Shown here piece by piece: positions 61,127-64,000 of a DNA stretch of 64,000 bases. A model generated the notes under the pieces. It did no database searches, was not told the DNA's origin, and worked only from the letters and a program-made list of their open reading frames with translations. Source of the DNA: Fervidobacterium sp. (GTDB taxonomy: Bacteria > Thermotogota > Thermotogae > Thermotogales > Fervidobacteriaceae); assembly GCA_049970055.1 (NCBI GenBank), contig JBMFNR010000002.1:532406-596405 (forward strand). The letters run 5' to 3'. Positions within the stretch are counted from its first letter, which is position 1. Each line of letters starts with the position of its first letter. The position numbers and the translations under genes are program-made.

Positions 61127-63469
61127 GTGAAAATTTCTCTGCAATGGTTAAATGAATACGTCCAAATAACAAGGGACGAAGTGCTTGAAATACTTCCCAA
61201 GCTTGGTTTTGATATCGATGAAAATGGTCCAGTTTTTCCAGTTAGTGGTCCCATCGTAGTTGGCAAGATAGAGAGAGTAGTGAAGCATCCAAACGCAGAG
61301 AAGCTAGTCGTATGTGAGGTTAATTTAGGCAACGAGCATAGAACAATACTAACCGCCGATGTTACCGTACAATCAGGAAAGTACGTGTACGTTGCCCTTG
61401 AAGGAGCAAAACTTGCTAACGGTGTTGAAATTCAGAAGAAAGATATGAGAGGGATTGTTTCGGAAGGTATGCTTTGCTCTTTAGAAGAACTTGGTCTTGA
61501 GGAAAAGAGTGAACATGTGTACATGAGTGATGAAGAGCTCCCGCTTGGTGAGGATGTCATAAGATTAATAGGGCTAGATGACTGGTATATAGATATGGAA
61601 ATTACACCAAACAGGCCTGACTGCTTGTCTTATTTTGGAGTTACTAGGGAATTGTCTGCTGGACTTAAAATAACACCAAGATTCCCGATTCCAGATGTTA
61701 AATCATCAGGCAGTGACGCTATCAATATCGAAATTAATACCGACGGATGTTGGAGATATACAGCAAGAGTTATCAGAACTGTCAAAGTACAACCAAGCCC
61801 GGTGTGGCTCCAGAAAAGACTCATAGCATCTGGTTTGAGACCTATAAATAATATCGTTGATATAACTAACTACGTTATGCTTGAAACAGGTCATCCTGTA
61901 CACGCATTTGACCTTGCTAAATTGTCAGGAAGGATTGTAGTTCGCGATGCTCAACCGGGAGAATCTATGTTATTACTTGATGGCAAGACTTATAAATTCT
62001 TTGGTGGCGAAGTGTTGATAACCGATGGTGAAAAGTTACTCGCACTTGGTGGTATTATGGGTGGAGAAGAATCTGGAATATCTGAAAACACCACGGACAT
62101 ACTTCTCGAAGTTGCTATGTTCGATCCTGTGAGGATTAGAAAGGCTTCTCGTAAGTTGGGGGTTTCTTCCGATGCTTCTTACAGGTTTGAAAGAGGTGTT
62201 GATTTTGACGACGCTCGCTACGTAATTGATAGGCTCTCAGAATTAATTCAAAAGCTCGCAGGAGGTGAACCATCCACTCAGGTTGTTGATGTGTGGAAAA
62301 AGAAACTCGATGAGAAGGTAATCTATGTGCCAAAACATTTTGCGAAAAAAGTTCTAGGGATTGAGATAAAACACATTGGTGGATATATTGAGCCTCTTGG
62401 TTTTGAAGTAGAAGAAGGGAAAGACGGATACAAAGTGTATGTTCCTTCATTTAGGTACTTCGATATATCTATTCCAGAAGACATAATAGAGGAAGTAGGG
62501 CGAATCCATGGATATGATAGTCTCCACTCGGAACCACCAAGGATGTTGGCAATTGAAAAAGGAAGAAGTGAGCACCAAAAGGTAAGGCATGAAATAAAAC
62601 AACTTATGACAAGTTTTGGATTTAACGAAGCTAACACTCTTTCTTTTGTTTCAAGTAAGTTGATTGAACGCTTTGAAATAAATGGCAGAGGTATTTTGGT
62701 AAGTAATCCAATAATCTCCGATTTCGATACTATGAGACCGAGCATACTATACGGGTTGTTGGAATCCCTATCGTATAACTACAAAAGACAAATTAAAGAT
62801 ATTCGATTATTTGAAATCGGTAAAGTATTTGCACAAAAAGATGGGAAACTGCATGAACAAGAAGCACTCGCGTTTGTTGCAACAGGAAGGGAGTCTGTCA
62901 GCGATTATACAGACAAAAGAACAGTATCATTTTACACATTTAAAGGGGTTTTGGATGAAATATTTATAAGATTTGGAATAGAAGCGAAGTTTGAGGAATA
63001 TTCAAAAAGGGGTTTTGTACCAACAAGGTGCTCAAAAATTACGATTGGCGGTGAAAATGTGGGTTTCATCGGCATGGTTGAGCAAGAAGTTGCAGACAAA
63101 CTCTACGATGTAAAAGATGAAATTTACGTTGCGGAAATCTACCTCGAGAAGCTTTATGAATTTCTAAGGGTGAAAAAACAATACAGGTCAATTCCTCAGC
63201 TTCCATACGTGAGAAGGGATGTTTCTTATCTAATACCAATTGGGCAACAAATAGAAGGATTGTTAGAAGTATATAAGTCTAATCCACTTGTCGAGGAAGT
63301 CGGGATTGATGATATTTACAGACAGGTAGGAGAGGGGCATTACAGTGTGACAATTTATGCGAAATTCAGACACCCTGAACGAACGCTTAGTGATGAAGAG
63401 GTTGATTTAGCGATAGAAGACATTAAAAAACAAATAAAGGAAAAATTTGGAGTGAATCCGAGGTTTTAA
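61127..63469 (+). CDS. pheT: Phenylalanyl-tRNA synthetase beta subunit
   Basis: HPNAEKL, SEGMLCS, ITPNRPD, NNIVDITNY, RFERG. Confidence 0.98.
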   Translation: MKISLQWLNEYVQITRDEVLEILPKLGFDIDENGPVFPVSGPIVVGKIERVVKHPNAEKLVVCEVNLGNEHRTILTADVTVQSGKYVYVALEGAKLANGVEIQKKDMRGIVSEGMLCSLEELGLEEKSEHVYMSDEELPLGEDVIRLIGLDDWYIDMEITPNRPDCLSYFGVTRELSAGLKITPRFPIPDVKSSGSDAINIEINTDGCWRYTARVIRTVKVQPSPVWLQKRLIASGLRPINNIVDITNYVMLETGHPVHAFDLAKLSGRIVVRDAQPGESMLLLDGKTYKFFGGEVLITDGEKLLALGGIMGGEESGISENTTDILLEVAMFDPVRIRKASRKLGVSSDASYRFERGVDFDDARYVIDRLSELIQKLAGGEPSTQVVDVWKKKLDEKVIYVPKHFAKKVLGIEIKHIGGYIEPLGFEVEEGKDGYKVYVPSFRYFDISIPEDIIEEVGRIHGYDSLHSEPPRMLAIEKGRSEHQKVRHEIKQLMTSFGFNEANTLSFVSSKLIERFEINGRGILVSNPIISDFDTMRPSILYGLLESLSYNYKRQIKDIRLFEIGKVFAQKDGKLHEQEALAFVATGRESVSDYTDKRTVSFYTFKGVLDEIFIRFGIEAKFEEYSKRGFVPTRCSKITIGGENVGFIGMVEQEVADKLYDVKDEIYVAEIYLEKLYEFLRVKKQYRSIPQLPYVRRDVSYLIPIGQQIEGLLEVYKSNPLVEEVGIDDIYRQVGEGHYSVTIYAKFRHPERTLSDEEVDLAIEDIKKQIKEKFGVNPRF

Positions 63470-63500
63470 ATTTATGGTACGTTTGGGGGTTGTTGTATGG

Positions 63501-64000
63501 ATGGCCAAAAAAGATTACGTACATGCAAGAAACTTTTTGAAATCCAACTGGGAAGAGTTAGAGAAGTTTACAAGTGATCAGAAGAAAGGTGTTCCAATGC
63601 CACCTATTGAAAAACCAGTCCAAAATGGCGCTGTACTGATTGATTTACCGGAAGTTAGGCATATTGGAGATAAAAGTGTTTCACAAGCCATTGAAGGTAG
63701 GGTTAGTCATAGAAAATACAAAAATATCCCACTGACGTTGGAAAAAATTGCTTTTCTACTATGGGCTACGCAGGGAGTTAGGAAGGTAACACCTACCGTA
63801 GCTTTCAGAACTGTACCATCAGCTGGTTGTAGACATCCATTTGAAACATACGTGTACGCAATTAGCGTTGAAGGTTTTGAAGAAGGTATATATAGGTACC
63901 TTCCACTTGAGCATAAATTGGTGCTTCACAAGAAAGAACCTTACCTTCGTGAGAAAATAATAAGAGCAACACTTGATCAGACGTTTGTTGGTAGTGCTGC
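63501..64000 (+). CDS. SagB/ThcOx-type nitroreductase, 3' end beyond the window
   Basis: Manual translation: MAKKDY..SDQKKGVPMPP..RVSHRKY..LLWATQG..RTVPSAGCRHPFETY..GIYRY. Confidence 0.88.
   Translation, partial: MAKKDYVHARNFLKSNWEELEKFTSDQKKGVPMPPIEKPVQNGAVLIDLPEVRHIGDKSVSQAIEGRVSHRKYKNIPLTLEKIAFLLWATQGVRKVTPTVAFRTVPSAGCRHPFETYVYAISVEGFEEGIYRYLPLEHKLVLHKKEPYLREKIIRATLDQTFVGSA

Noticed and set aside
63501..64000. SagB-like gene as part of a RiPP (azole) cluster
   Set aside because: No YcaO or precursor is visible, and stand-alone nitroreductases are common; the downstream context is outside the window.

Overview
AT-rich, gene-dense chromosomal segment. Gene content and sequences (Thermotoga-type RNase Z, DHH-CBS-CCA enzyme, large SRP RNA) suggest a Thermotogota bacterium, probably Fervidobacterium-like; this is an inference from recalled protein similarity. 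Most of the window is housekeeping: GH57/DUF4912, apt, pgi, coaE, nadE, panD, lepA, trpS, PBP2, cca, rnz, rplI, prmC, glmM, pyrR, tgt, fmt, lgt, mreB-flgF-flgG, plsY/plsC, pheT. It also holds tRNA-Thr(GGT), a convergent SRP RNA / RNase P RNA pair, and one PfkB kinase pseudogene. The most unusual block is a self-contained, very divergent Wsp/ACF-like chemosensory operon (41619-48450: CheR-TPR, CheW-like, CheA-REC hybrid, receiver-less CheB, REC plus degenerate GGDEF, short MCP). It continues into a wHTH-Rossmann regulator, an uncharacterised protein and lgt. Other candidates are an rnz-metallophosphoesterase-cca cassette (possible tRNA 3'-end repair) and an envelope/lipid operon carrying a catalytically dead hydrolase. 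No CRISPR array, transposase, integrase or prophage was seen. All calls rest on motif recognition by eye; no searches were run.
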